DNA of 64,000 nt, taken from the sequence record NC_027364.1. One strand, written 5' to 3'. The translations under genes and the position numbers were made by a program. Below, piece after piece: positions 8,670 through 17,232 of this stretch. Under the pieces are notes generated by a model that worked only from the letters and a program-made list of their open reading frames with translations, ran no database searches and was not told the origin of the DNA. Within the stretch, counting starts at the first letter, position 1; every line of letters begins with the position of its first letter.

Positions 8670-10280
8670 TTATTGTTGACGTACTGTTTCCCAGTTACCA
8701 TTTATTTGCATTTGAACATAGCGATAACTAATTCGTTCTAAGTGAGTGCCTGAACTACCATTAACAGAAATCCATACGCCATCCATAAATGCACCTTCTG
8801 GTGTATATGTCCATGAAGAATCAGGTATTTTACTTGTTTCAATACGTGCACTCAAACGAATACTTTGTACGTTATTAGTACTAATTTGCAAAGTAACGTT
8901 GCCACTAGCATCAGCAGCAGTACCGTTAATTGAACGAACAATATTTTTACCACCAACAGTAGCTGAGTTGTTAGAAACAGTTAATGATGGAGCAGCTAAA
9001 GTACCAGAAGAGTTTACAGTAACTTCTGCTCCACCGGAACGTAATCTCAATGTATTATTTGAAGAGTTATGATACACTGCCGCACGCTCACCACCGCTTG
9101 CGTTACGGAAATATAGAACTAATGATGTATCATTTGACTTAATTGACGCACTGTTTGCAATAGTCAATGAACCAGTCATTGTATCACCAGTTTTTAGTAC
9201 ATAACGAGTGTTTGCAACTTTTTCACTCAATGCGACGTTAGATTCAGCAATGTTATATAGGTATGCAACGTTAAAGTGTTCCACATCAATGTTGCTAATA
9301 CCATGATAGTGTGGTTGGTTTCCACCAAGTGTGTTAGTGTTTCCACTAAATGAGTGAATGTGGTCTGGTGCTTCGTTAATGTTATTGATTACAGTTGGTA
9401 TACCGTTATCATTACTTGAAGTTAACGCATTTAGACCACTACGGTCCATACCTTTTAGTGCTTGACTATGACCATGACGACCAGCAGCACCAGTGGTTCC
9501 ACTAAAACTAAATGAGTGTGATGGTAACTGGGCAACACTTAATACTGTGCCGCTAATATTACCGCTACTACCAATAACACTATCAGTTTTAGTTACACCA
9601 GATGTAGATATACCTTTTAAGTATGCGTTTTGGTTAAGGTTTGGTACTTGTTTGGTAATTGTACCATTTTCCCCCTCCCATTGCCACCACATACCATCAG
9701 CAAAACACCAACCGTCAGACGTTTTCCACGGAGCACCTTGTGAACCGTTTCGTCCACTTTGTCCATTCGATTGCCCTGACATTTGTTCACGTATACTAGC
9801 AACAGATTGACCAGAAGTCAATGAATATTGTGTAATAGCACCAGGTTTAAGTGAAGTGTAAAGACCAGTTGGACCAGAACCACCACTAGAAGCAGTAGGG
9901 AATACAATGTTTAAGTTTGTTCCACTAATACTTGCACTAGGAACAGTACTGCTACTGTATGTTACACTTTCTACTTTTAAATTTAATTTTCTGTTTACTT
10001 CATCTAATGAAATTCTAATTGGTTCCAAAATAGTATCAGTATCGTATACTGCAATCCAACTTGTACCGTTATGATACTTCAAAACTAATTCGTTTCGATC
10101 AAAAACCATTGCACCTTGTTCACCAGTAGGTAACGTTTGTACTGGTATAATAACTGATGACGAATTAAAACGAATAGGTCTTGGGTTAGTTGGTGTACCA
10201 CCAAGCACTATTAGTTCTAAAGATCCATTAGCACCAGTACTGGTCATTGTATCCAATGGGTTATTAAAACTTATGCTCAT
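8670..10280 (-). CDS. Tail fibre protein with collar and HxH needle segments
   Basis: Collar-like PGAITQY/DGWCFADG/VPNL, HxH motifs (RHGHS, DHIHS, PHYHG), YVLKTGDTMTGSL repeat, C-terminal YRYVQMQINGNWETV. Confidence 0.85.
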   Translation of the reverse strand: MSISFNNPLDTMTSTGANGSLELIVLGGTPTNPRPIRFNSSSVIIPVQTLPTGEQGAMVFDRNELVLKYHNGTSWIAVYDTDTILEPIRISLDEVNRKLNLKVESVTYSSSTVPSASISGTNLNIVFPTASSGGSGPTGLYTSLKPGAITQYSLTSGQSVASIREQMSGQSNGQSGRNGSQGAPWKTSDGWCFADGMWWQWEGENGTITKQVPNLNQNAYLKGISTSGVTKTDSVIGSSGNISGTVLSVAQLPSHSFSFSGTTGAAGRHGHSQALKGMDRSGLNALTSSNDNGIPTVINNINEAPDHIHSFSGNTNTLGGNQPHYHGISNIDVEHFNVAYLYNIAESNVALSEKVANTRYVLKTGDTMTGSLTIANSASIKSNDTSLVLYFRNASGGERAAVYHNSSNNTLRLRSGGAEVTVNSSGTLAAPSLTVSNNSATVGGKNIVRSINGTAADASGNVTLQISTNNVQSIRLSARIETSKIPDSSWTYTPEGAFMDGVWISVNGSSGTHLERISYRYVQMQINGNWETVRQQ

Positions 10281-10320
10281 GTATAAATCCCTTTATGATT
10301 AATATATACTATATTTATTC

Positions 10321-10629
10321 CTATAGCAAGTCGTTATCCATATCATCCCACACAGAATCAATGATGTTTGCTGCTATCTTTTTAGACATTTTAAACCACT
10401 CTGTGTTTGGTTGTCTAGTTGCATTCATTTGTTTAAGCCTTTTATGTATCTCTTTTTCAGCTAAACGTGCGTCTTCAAAGTGAACTTCATGATAAACTTC
10501 AAAATCACGAAACGGGGTAGCTGTCTGATACGTTCTCAAACGCTCTGTCATTTCAGATTTAGAAGTGAAACCAATCTTAACATAGTCAGGCCATGCAGAG
10601 TTTATTATAACATAACATATCTGTGACAT
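10321..10629 (-). CDS. GIY-YIG superfamily protein (T5orf172-like)
   Basis: CYVI...YVKIGFT...ERLRTYQT...AEKEIHKRL...EWF; GGAG SD supports start 10629. Confidence 0.8.
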   Translation of the reverse strand: MSQICYVIINSAWPDYVKIGFTSKSEMTERLRTYQTATPFRDFEVYHEVHFEDARLAEKEIHKRLKQMNATRQPNTEWFKMSKKIAANIIDSVWDDMDNDLL

Positions 10630-10636
10630 AGATTCA

Positions 10637-10666
10637 ATCTCCATCATTAATATGGAGATATTTATC
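10637..10666 (-). promoter_or_regulatory. Late promoter overlapping an SD-sequestering hairpin
   Basis: Minus strand GATAAAT-ATCTCCAT-attaatg-ATGGAGAT: 8-bp stem whose 3' arm is the SD; promoter GATAAATA at 10659-10666 overlaps the 5' arm. Confidence 0.7.
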
Positions 10667-10668
10667 TA

Positions 10669-11019
10669 TCAACTAATAGTGAATTTTAAACCAATATCAA
10701 TTAAACGTTGAAAAGGATTATGTGGCTGAAATTCCGATGGTTCTTGTGCTATGTTTAGTACAGGAGCATCAGAATGCAGCACTGACATACGCTCTCTATA
10801 ATGATCTATGTATTCTTCATACAACATATCTTCAGTATGTGTATTAAGTATATCTTCTATGAAAGAATCTAAACTATAATCCAATCTATCATCATTATAA
10901 TACAATGTTTCAGTGGCTTCATCATATCCAACTAACGTACCATAAGGAACATTTATTTCTATATTTGAGTACTGACTCTTTAAGTACTCTTCTTTGTTAA
11001 ATTTGTATACAGTTAACAT
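10669..11019 (-). CDS. Hypothetical protein
   Basis: 116 aa, SD AAGGAG, CTAAATA late-like promoter upstream. Confidence 0.7.
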   Translation of the reverse strand: MLTVYKFNKEEYLKSQYSNIEINVPYGTLVGYDEATETLYYNDDRLDYSLDSFIEDILNTHTEDMLYEEYIDHYRERMSVLHSDAPVLNIAQEPSEFQPHNPFQRLIDIGLKFTIS

Positions 11020-11064
11020 AATTTGATCTCCTTAATGTCACCTATGTGTATTTAGATGATTATC

Positions 11065-11094
11065 AAAAAAGAAAAGGGACTCCGAAGAGTCCCT
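11065..11094 (-). terminator. Terminator after major capsid gene, C(UUCG)G loop
   Basis: AGGGACTC-TTCG-GAGTCCCT-TTTCTTTTTT on minus strand. Confidence 0.9.
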
Positions 11095-11137
11095 ATTGTT
11101 TTTAATTTCTTGATTAAATCTTTTAAATCGATTACAA

Positions 11138-12313
11138 TTACATGAAAGTAACGTTTTTGATAGCGATTTTGCTGTAGTAGTCAGCAGCGTTACCAAGAGA
11201 TGAAGTACTATCAGTCAATTGTACATAGCCATAACGGGTTAGAAAAGTTGTTACGAGTTCCCCAGTGTTAGGGTCCATTACAGTACCAGAAGCCATTAGT
11301 GGGATGTATGGGCAATAGAACACACCAGCATCAGTTTCAGCATTACCTTTATAACCAATCAAAATGTCCTCGGCATCTGAAGCATACGTATCAACAAAAA
11401 TACGCATAGTGCTGTTTAGAGTACCTACAAACTTAACGTTAGTTGGTGCTTCGAAAGTACCTTCAGTGGTACGTGCAAAGCTAGAAGTAGTAGCAGATTG
11501 TAGAATGGTTAGTGCAGTTGGGGAAACAACAGCCCAGTTTGCAGCACCACGCTTAGTACGACGAGCAACTTCGTTTGCTTGACGGTTAATTAGAGTTGCT
11601 AGAGCAGCGTGCTCATCACCAACGAAGGTTGCAACACCAGTAACTTTAGATTGGTCATAAGTTACAGCAGCAGCACCAGGTAGTGCACGTAGACGGCTTA
11701 GTAGCTCTTGGTCGATTTCTACGGTAACTTCTTGAGCGATTGCAGCCATTAGTTCTGCTTCAACGTCAACACCATGTTGGGATTGAGCATCTTGTGCAGA
11801 TTCAACAGTCCAACGTGCAGATAGACGACGAGATTTCGCTTCAACAGTTTCACGTAGAATACGGATGTTAACGCGACGACCCATAGTACCTTCTAGTTGG
11901 CTAGTAGGAGCAGCTTGTGGGTTGCTATTATCCGCATTTAGATCACCAGAGTAGGATTTAGCGATTTTGTATGGAGAAAGCATTTCTTCACCAGCGATAA
12001 CACCAGGTGCGTTATCAGCATATTGCACACGTAGGGTGTGGATCTGACCAACTGGACCAGTCATTGGTTGAACACCGATGATTTCGTTAGCAATAACGGT
12101 TGGCATTACACGACGCATAATTGGTAGAATCACTTTGTTTAGAGTAGCGATGTTACCAGCGGTAGTTGCACCAGAAGTTGCGGATTCAGTTAGCATAACT
12201 TTACGATGGTTATCAAGAACAGTTTCCATTACAGACTTACGAGTACCCTGTAGACCTTCAACTAGTTTCTCTTTTACTGCTACCCATTTGGATTCATTTA
12301 GTAGTTGTGACAT
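11138..12313 (-). CDS. gp23: Major capsid protein
   Basis: RRVMPTVIANEIIGVQPMTGPVGQIHTLR, AKSRRLSARWT, EIDQE, GVFYCPYIPL, TRYG. Confidence 0.97.
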   Translation of the reverse strand: MSQLLNESKWVAVKEKLVEGLQGTRKSVMETVLDNHRKVMLTESATSGATTAGNIATLNKVILPIMRRVMPTVIANEIIGVQPMTGPVGQIHTLRVQYADNAPGVIAGEEMLSPYKIAKSYSGDLNADNSNPQAAPTSQLEGTMGRRVNIRILRETVEAKSRRLSARWTVESAQDAQSQHGVDVEAELMAAIAQEVTVEIDQELLSRLRALPGAAAVTYDQSKVTGVATFVGDEHAALATLINRQANEVARRTKRGAANWAVVSPTALTILQSATTSSFARTTEGTFEAPTNVKFVGTLNSTMRIFVDTYASDAEDILIGYKGNAETDAGVFYCPYIPLMASGTVMDPNTGELVTTFLTRYGYVQLTDSTSSLGNAADYYSKIAIKNVTFM

Positions 12314-12358
12314 TATATATCTCCTTAAAGATGTTATATTCGTTTTTCAGTATGATAT

Positions 12359-12366
12359 TATTTATA
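12359..12366 (-). promoter_or_regulatory. Late promoter of major capsid gene
   Basis: TATAAATA on minus strand, flanked by 9-bp inverted repeat (12343-12351 / 12369-12377). Confidence 0.75.
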
Positions 12367-12404
12367 GAACTGAAAAATTTGATTATTAAAATGCTTTAAA
12401 ATGT

Positions 12405-13520
12405 TTATTTTTTATTGATACCTGAAAGAACATCGAGTTCTTTTAGGAATGCCATATCGTCAGCGGTCATTTCTTCGCTTTCAACAATAGCCTGACGGTT
12501 GCCAGTGATTACTTTACCTTCTGCAAGAGTTTTCTTAGCGGAAGACTGAACTGCTTGACGAGTGGTAGCAGATTCATTTACTTTAGTACCGTTAAGTACT
12601 GACTTATGGTACTTGCTGAAATCTTCTTTAAGCTTTTCAGTAGGTGAAGTAGCTAGAAGGGATTCCATAATTTGTTTTTGCTGTGCAGTTAGTGGTTTTA
12701 CTAGTTCAGACATAATCGCATTACGTGCTTGTGCATCTTCCATAATACGTAGTTTGGTTTTAGCAGCTTTAACGGCATTAGCAGTTTCATGTAGTTCTTG
12801 CTTAACTTGAGCAATTTCATCTTCTTTAGATTTAATTGATTCAGTTAGGGAACGTAGCAATGAATTTTCATTAAATTGTTTGACATTAAACTCTTGAGCA
12901 AATGCTTCAAAGATTTTACGACCAAACATATTTTGTTTTGCTTCCACTAGATCTTGTTTCAACGCATATAGATTCTTCTGAGTGGTTTCTGCAATATATT
13001 TAGCAGCACTTTCAGATGTACGTTTGATGAAGTTATTACGAGCTTCAGCAATTTGACGTGAACCTTCAGCAAGTAGTTTAACGCGAGTTTCTACTAGTTG
13101 GCGTTTTTCAGTGTGGAATTCTTTTAGCTCTTCTGCTAGGATACCGTTAGAAAAATTAACGAATTTACCCATGCATTCATGAAGATGCTTACGTTCTTTA
13201 CGCATTTGTTTAACTTCTTCAGCCAAAACAGAGTTTGAAAACGCAGAGAAATTGCTTAGTGTTTTACGTAGAGTTACACGATCTTCAACGAGACGTTTTT
13301 TCTCTTCATATACAGCACCCATTTCTTCAGCAATGACTTGAGTAACCATAGTGTTCAAACCTTCGGTTAGTTCAGCCAAATCTTGCTGATAACGGCCTTT
13401 CATTTCTTCACGCATCTCTGCGGCTAGTGTATTCTTTTCTTCATTCCATGCTTCCTGAATTAGCTGTTTTGCCTCATCAGAAAGAGATGATTCTTTTAGA
13501 AGCTTTTCTAATTTAGACAT
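12405..13520 (-). CDS. gp22: Prohead scaffold/core protein
   Basis: Coiled-coil-rich 371 aa between protease and capsid genes; T4 gene order 21-22-23. Confidence 0.8.
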   Translation of the reverse strand: MSKLEKLLKESSLSDEAKQLIQEAWNEEKNTLAAEMREEMKGRYQQDLAELTEGLNTMVTQVIAEEMGAVYEEKKRLVEDRVTLRKTLSNFSAFSNSVLAEEVKQMRKERKHLHECMGKFVNFSNGILAEELKEFHTEKRQLVETRVKLLAEGSRQIAEARNNFIKRTSESAAKYIAETTQKNLYALKQDLVEAKQNMFGRKIFEAFAQEFNVKQFNENSLLRSLTESIKSKEDEIAQVKQELHETANAVKAAKTKLRIMEDAQARNAIMSELVKPLTAQQKQIMESLLATSPTEKLKEDFSKYHKSVLNGTKVNESATTRQAVQSSAKKTLAEGKVITGNRQAIVESEEMTADDMAFLKELDVLSGINKK

Positions 13521-13567
13521 TCGTTCTCTCCTTTAAGTACTGAAATATCTGTACTTCAACATACAGA

Positions 13568-13575
13568 TATTTATA
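13568..13575 (-). promoter_or_regulatory. Late promoter of scaffold gene
   Basis: TATAAATA on minus strand overlapping an 11-bp inverted repeat (13543-13553 / 13562-13572). Confidence 0.7.
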
Positions 13576-13586
13576 TTTTTAAAATG

Positions 13587-14210
13587 TTAACCTTTTAATT
13601 TCTTGAAAAAATCGTATATTTCAGAATCTAAATTATTTACTTTTTTAGATTCAGTGATTTTTTTAGAACTATTACAAGGTGATCCGTACTTACTCATCAG
13701 AGATTCAAATACCGCTGTTGGGTATGCTTCTGGAGCACTAGGTTGAGCAACAATATCAATAGTGATAATTTCAAAATCAGAAACTATTCCATTATAATCA
13801 ACGTTACCGGAACCGCGAGAACTTACACCAAGTTTTACACCAGCCTCTAGCATTTTACGGATATTTTGACCATGTGCAGTATCAAGTAGTTTGATTTCTG
13901 CCATACCATTAGCACCTTCCATCCAAACCTTAGTAATCATTGCTGCTACTCGGTCTAGGTTAATAGTTAGTGTTTCTGGATGGTCACATTCAACAAGAAT
14001 GCTTTCACCTTTAGCTAAACGCTGGTTCATGTTATTTACTGCCCTTGTAATTTCAGATAAAGGGTAAATTCTCTCGTTCAAATTTCGTTGGTCGGCTTGA
14101 ATAGCAATACCACGAAGATAGCAGTCACGCCCACCAAATCCATTATCACGATGTTCCAAAACAACTTTAGAATCATTGAATGAAGACCATTCACGAATCA
14201 TACTACTCAT
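13587..14210 (-). CDS. gp21: Prohead protease
   Basis: QADQRNLNERIYP, ECDHPE, GVSSRGSG, DIVAQPSAPEAYP. Confidence 0.95.
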   Translation of the reverse strand: MSSMIREWSSFNDSKVVLEHRDNGFGGRDCYLRGIAIQADQRNLNERIYPLSEITRAVNNMNQRLAKGESILVECDHPETLTINLDRVAAMITKVWMEGANGMAEIKLLDTAHGQNIRKMLEAGVKLGVSSRGSGNVDYNGIVSDFEIITIDIVAQPSAPEAYPTAVFESLMSKYGSPCNSSKKITESKKVNNLDSEIYDFFKKLKG

Positions 14211-14230
14211 AATGATCTCCTTTCAGATAT

Positions 14231-15079
14231 TTATTTTAGTTTAGGTTGTGCTTTGCTTAGTGGTGATTTAGAATTAGATGCAGTAGTTTTTGGTGCTTTA
14301 ACATCTTTCATTTCACCGCGAGCATTTTTACCAAGATCTAGACTATCTTTTGGTAGAACAGATTTATCATCTAGGTCTAGTAGTGGTGCTTGGTCAGTTT
14401 TCTTAGCGAATTTAACTGGCTCTGCTCCTGCTACTGGAGATTTAGCTTCTGGTGCTACTGGAGATTTGGAATGAGTACCAGCTTTTTCTTTCTTATCAAC
14501 TGGAGCAACTTTTTCTAGTTTGAAGGATTCACCGAATTTTTCATCACCGAATTCAACATCAGCAAATTCGTCGTCACCGTCAACGCCAACTTCTTCTTCG
14601 CTATCTTCTACTTCTTCTTCAGAATCTAGTTCAACTTCACCGTCACCGATTTCATCAAACATTTGTTGTAGGCCACGGAAAGCATCTTGGATTGATTCCC
14701 ATTGGTCTTCGGAAGGAACATCAGCATCAGCTTTCACTTCAACGTCAACATCGTCTTCACCGTCACCATCTGCATCAGCAGAGAATTCAACTTCTTCTTC
14801 TGCACTTTCATCTTCTTCACCAAGGGTGTATTCGATTTCAGCATTTAGACCTTCGTCTGGTTGTACATCAAAATCTTCGTCAAGCTTTTCTTCATCTTTG
14901 ACTTTAACTTCGACTTCACAATCTTCATCGTCGTCTTCATCTTCCATGCTTTCTTCTAGTTGTTTGTTAATTTCTTGAGCTTGCTCAACGAAATACTTAC
15001 GCATTTTTTTATCAGCAATATCTTGTTCGCCATTTGCGAACGCCGCAATTGCTTCTTGTAGTAGTTTTAAATTCGCCAT
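14231..15079 (-). CDS. Highly acidic prohead core/internal head protein
   Basis: Long D/E-rich centre and K/P-rich tail; between portal and protease; GGAGG SD supports start 15079. Confidence 0.6.
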   Translation of the reverse strand: MANLKLLQEAIAAFANGEQDIADKKMRKYFVEQAQEINKQLEESMEDEDDDEDCEVEVKVKDEEKLDEDFDVQPDEGLNAEIEYTLGEEDESAEEEVEFSADADGDGEDDVDVEVKADADVPSEDQWESIQDAFRGLQQMFDEIGDGEVELDSEEEVEDSEEEVGVDGDDEFADVEFGDEKFGESFKLEKVAPVDKKEKAGTHSKSPVAPEAKSPVAGAEPVKFAKKTDQAPLLDLDDKSVLPKDSLDLGKNARGEMKDVKAPKTTASNSKSPLSKAQPKLK

Positions 15080-15180
15080 TATATCCTCCATAGATATATT
15101 ACATTCGTATAAAGTATGATATTATTTAGTACTGATTAAAATCGCCTTTTTTAAAAGCTTTAAAAAGTGCGATTTTTGAT

Positions 15181-15408
15181 TTACATTAACCCAGAACCGT
15201 CACCAGTTGGTGCAGCGGCATAAACAACTGCAACCACATTTTTGCGGCGTTGTTCTTCATGTGCTTTAAATTCACGGTACTTTCTTAAGTTGTTTAATAC
15301 TTGTAATGTTAGTTTCGGTTTTCTGGAATCAGTAATTTTATATACGTTCTGATCATCTTCAGGGTCGTACATTGAATCACTGCTAGATTCAAAGATGTCC
15401 TTTAACAT
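15181..15408 (-). CDS. Small head-module protein
   Basis: 75 aa, SD AAGGAG, downstream of portal. Confidence 0.7.
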   Translation of the reverse strand: MLKDIFESSSDSMYDPEDDQNVYKITDSRKPKLTLQVLNNLRKYREFKAHEEQRRKNVVAVVYAAAPTGDGSGLM

Positions 15409-15481
15409 TTGATCTCCTTGAAATATGCATTATAAATGAGGGTAAAAATAAACCCTCATTCTTATACACTGTTATTTATGT

Positions 15482-17221
15482 TTAAAAAGAATTGCCTAAA
15501 TTATTAGGGTTGAAGCCACCACTTCCACTCTGTTGCTCTTGGTATTCGGCATCAGCACTTTCCAAATTACCTTCTCCATCAATACCAAGATCCATTCCAG
15601 GATCATTTGGAGCATCAATACCAACAGACTGTAATCCAGCGGAATCTTCTTCACCACCAGAAGGTTGGGAACCATCTTGTGGATTCTCTTGTAACCACAT
15701 TTGTTCATTCTTAACAATATCAGCTTTAGAAAAGCCCATTTTTTCAAGAATTGTTTGTTTCGCCATATAAGGCAAGTCATTAAGAGGAAGATATGTATTA
15801 ATTAGTTTAGCATCTAGTTCAGCTTTACGATAAGAAGCTAAGTTAATAGGTGGATTCATAATAACTTCAAAAGATGAAGTACTAATGTTATATCCATTTT
15901 TAACCATAAATCTTTTGAATTCAGCATCAAAATGTTTTGCAACTAAACGTTGATAACGCATACATTGATTATTGAATCGCAATTCACTTGCCATAGCTTG
16001 TGTAGCACCATCACCAAATAATGAAACACCACCATCATCTGGACCTTGTGGTAGATAAGAAGCTGGTATTTGAAGACCACGAATCAATTTATTATTGAAA
16101 TAACGTAAGTCATCAATTTGTCCTAAGTTATCACCGCCTGGTAATGTTTGAACATCTGAACCACGACCTTCAGAAGTTTGTGGGAAAAAGTAGTCTTCTA
16201 AAATGCTTAATGGATTATATGCTGCATCCATTAATGAAGTACTTCCACCTTTGTTTGAAGGTATTCTACGCTGGTGGATTTCATTTTTAAATCTTTCAAC
16301 ATAAGCCATCGCTTGGTGTGCTTGCATATCACCAACATCAATTTTAAATACACGACGCTCAGGTGCACGTTGTACACGATAAATTATGATACTATCTTCC
16401 AGAAGTTCTTTTTGCTTATAGACTTTAAATACGTCCTCAAGTATACTAGTACCAAAAGGCCATACCCCATCTTGTCCTGTATTTAGCGTTAGATGAATTA
16501 CGTGTTCTGCACCAACAGGAATAACGTCTAATTGACCGTTAGTACTGAATGGGTCAGCAGTATTTCCTTGACTTGTAAAACCAGATGCACCACCCGCAGC
16601 TACTGAACCACCGCCACCCATTGTTGTCGGAATAGCTCCTGGATAAGCGGTTTTATCAAATCCTACTTGAAGGTTACTAAAAACTTTATCTTTCAAATTT
16701 AATGATACGTCACGTATATAATAAATTACTGGTGTTTTACCAGTGGCTTCGTTAACAAATACTTGCTCAACATTTTTGGGGCTTACCCAATACCAATCGA
16801 ATGTTTCTGGATCTCGAATGAAAAATTGATCACCATATTTCAGAAGACCACGCACAATTTCATACATTCGTGTTTTAAAATCATTTTGTTCAGTCCATGC
16901 ATCTAAACGATCTTCAATAGTCGTTACTTCAGTATCACCAATGTCATCTTTATATTTGATTTTATATGGTAAACCAAAATCTTCAGTACTTTGGGTACAA
17001 AAGTCAGCAATTATATTCAATGCAGTTCTAATTTCAGGATCTTGGTCCATTTGCTCATACTGACTATAACGCTCAGTACGGTTTGCCAATCCATTATATA
17101 CAACAGGAAGATAGGAAGCGAAATTTGTTTTCGTTCCTGTTGATTTATTGCTATTACTGGACTGATTTGGGATGGTCGATAGTTTAGACCTTCCCACTGT
17201 CATATGTCGTTTCCAACTCAT
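15482..17221 (-). CDS. gp20: Portal protein
   Basis: LLEDSIIIYRVQRAPERRVFKIDVG, EDYFFPQTSEGRGSDVQTLPGGDNLGQIDDLRYF. Confidence 0.97.
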   Translation of the reverse strand: MSWKRHMTVGRSKLSTIPNQSSNSNKSTGTKTNFASYLPVVYNGLANRTERYSQYEQMDQDPEIRTALNIIADFCTQSTEDFGLPYKIKYKDDIGDTEVTTIEDRLDAWTEQNDFKTRMYEIVRGLLKYGDQFFIRDPETFDWYWVSPKNVEQVFVNEATGKTPVIYYIRDVSLNLKDKVFSNLQVGFDKTAYPGAIPTTMGGGGSVAAGGASGFTSQGNTADPFSTNGQLDVIPVGAEHVIHLTLNTGQDGVWPFGTSILEDVFKVYKQKELLEDSIIIYRVQRAPERRVFKIDVGDMQAHQAMAYVERFKNEIHQRRIPSNKGGSTSLMDAAYNPLSILEDYFFPQTSEGRGSDVQTLPGGDNLGQIDDLRYFNNKLIRGLQIPASYLPQGPDDGGVSLFGDGATQAMASELRFNNQCMRYQRLVAKHFDAEFKRFMVKNGYNISTSSFEVIMNPPINLASYRKAELDAKLINTYLPLNDLPYMAKQTILEKMGFSKADIVKNEQMWLQENPQDGSQPSGGEEDSAGLQSVGIDAPNDPGMDLGIDGEGNLESADAEYQEQQSGSGGFNPNNLGNSF

Positions 17222-17232
17222 TATTTTCGTCC

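Noticed and set aside
14253-14978. Plus-strand Ser-rich ORFs over the acidic head protein
   Set aside because: Reverse-complement artefact of GAA/GAT runs.
15138-15176. AT-rich imperfect inverted repeat after the 75-aa gene
   Set aside because: Mostly A-U pairs with mismatches; at most a weak terminator, with no further support.
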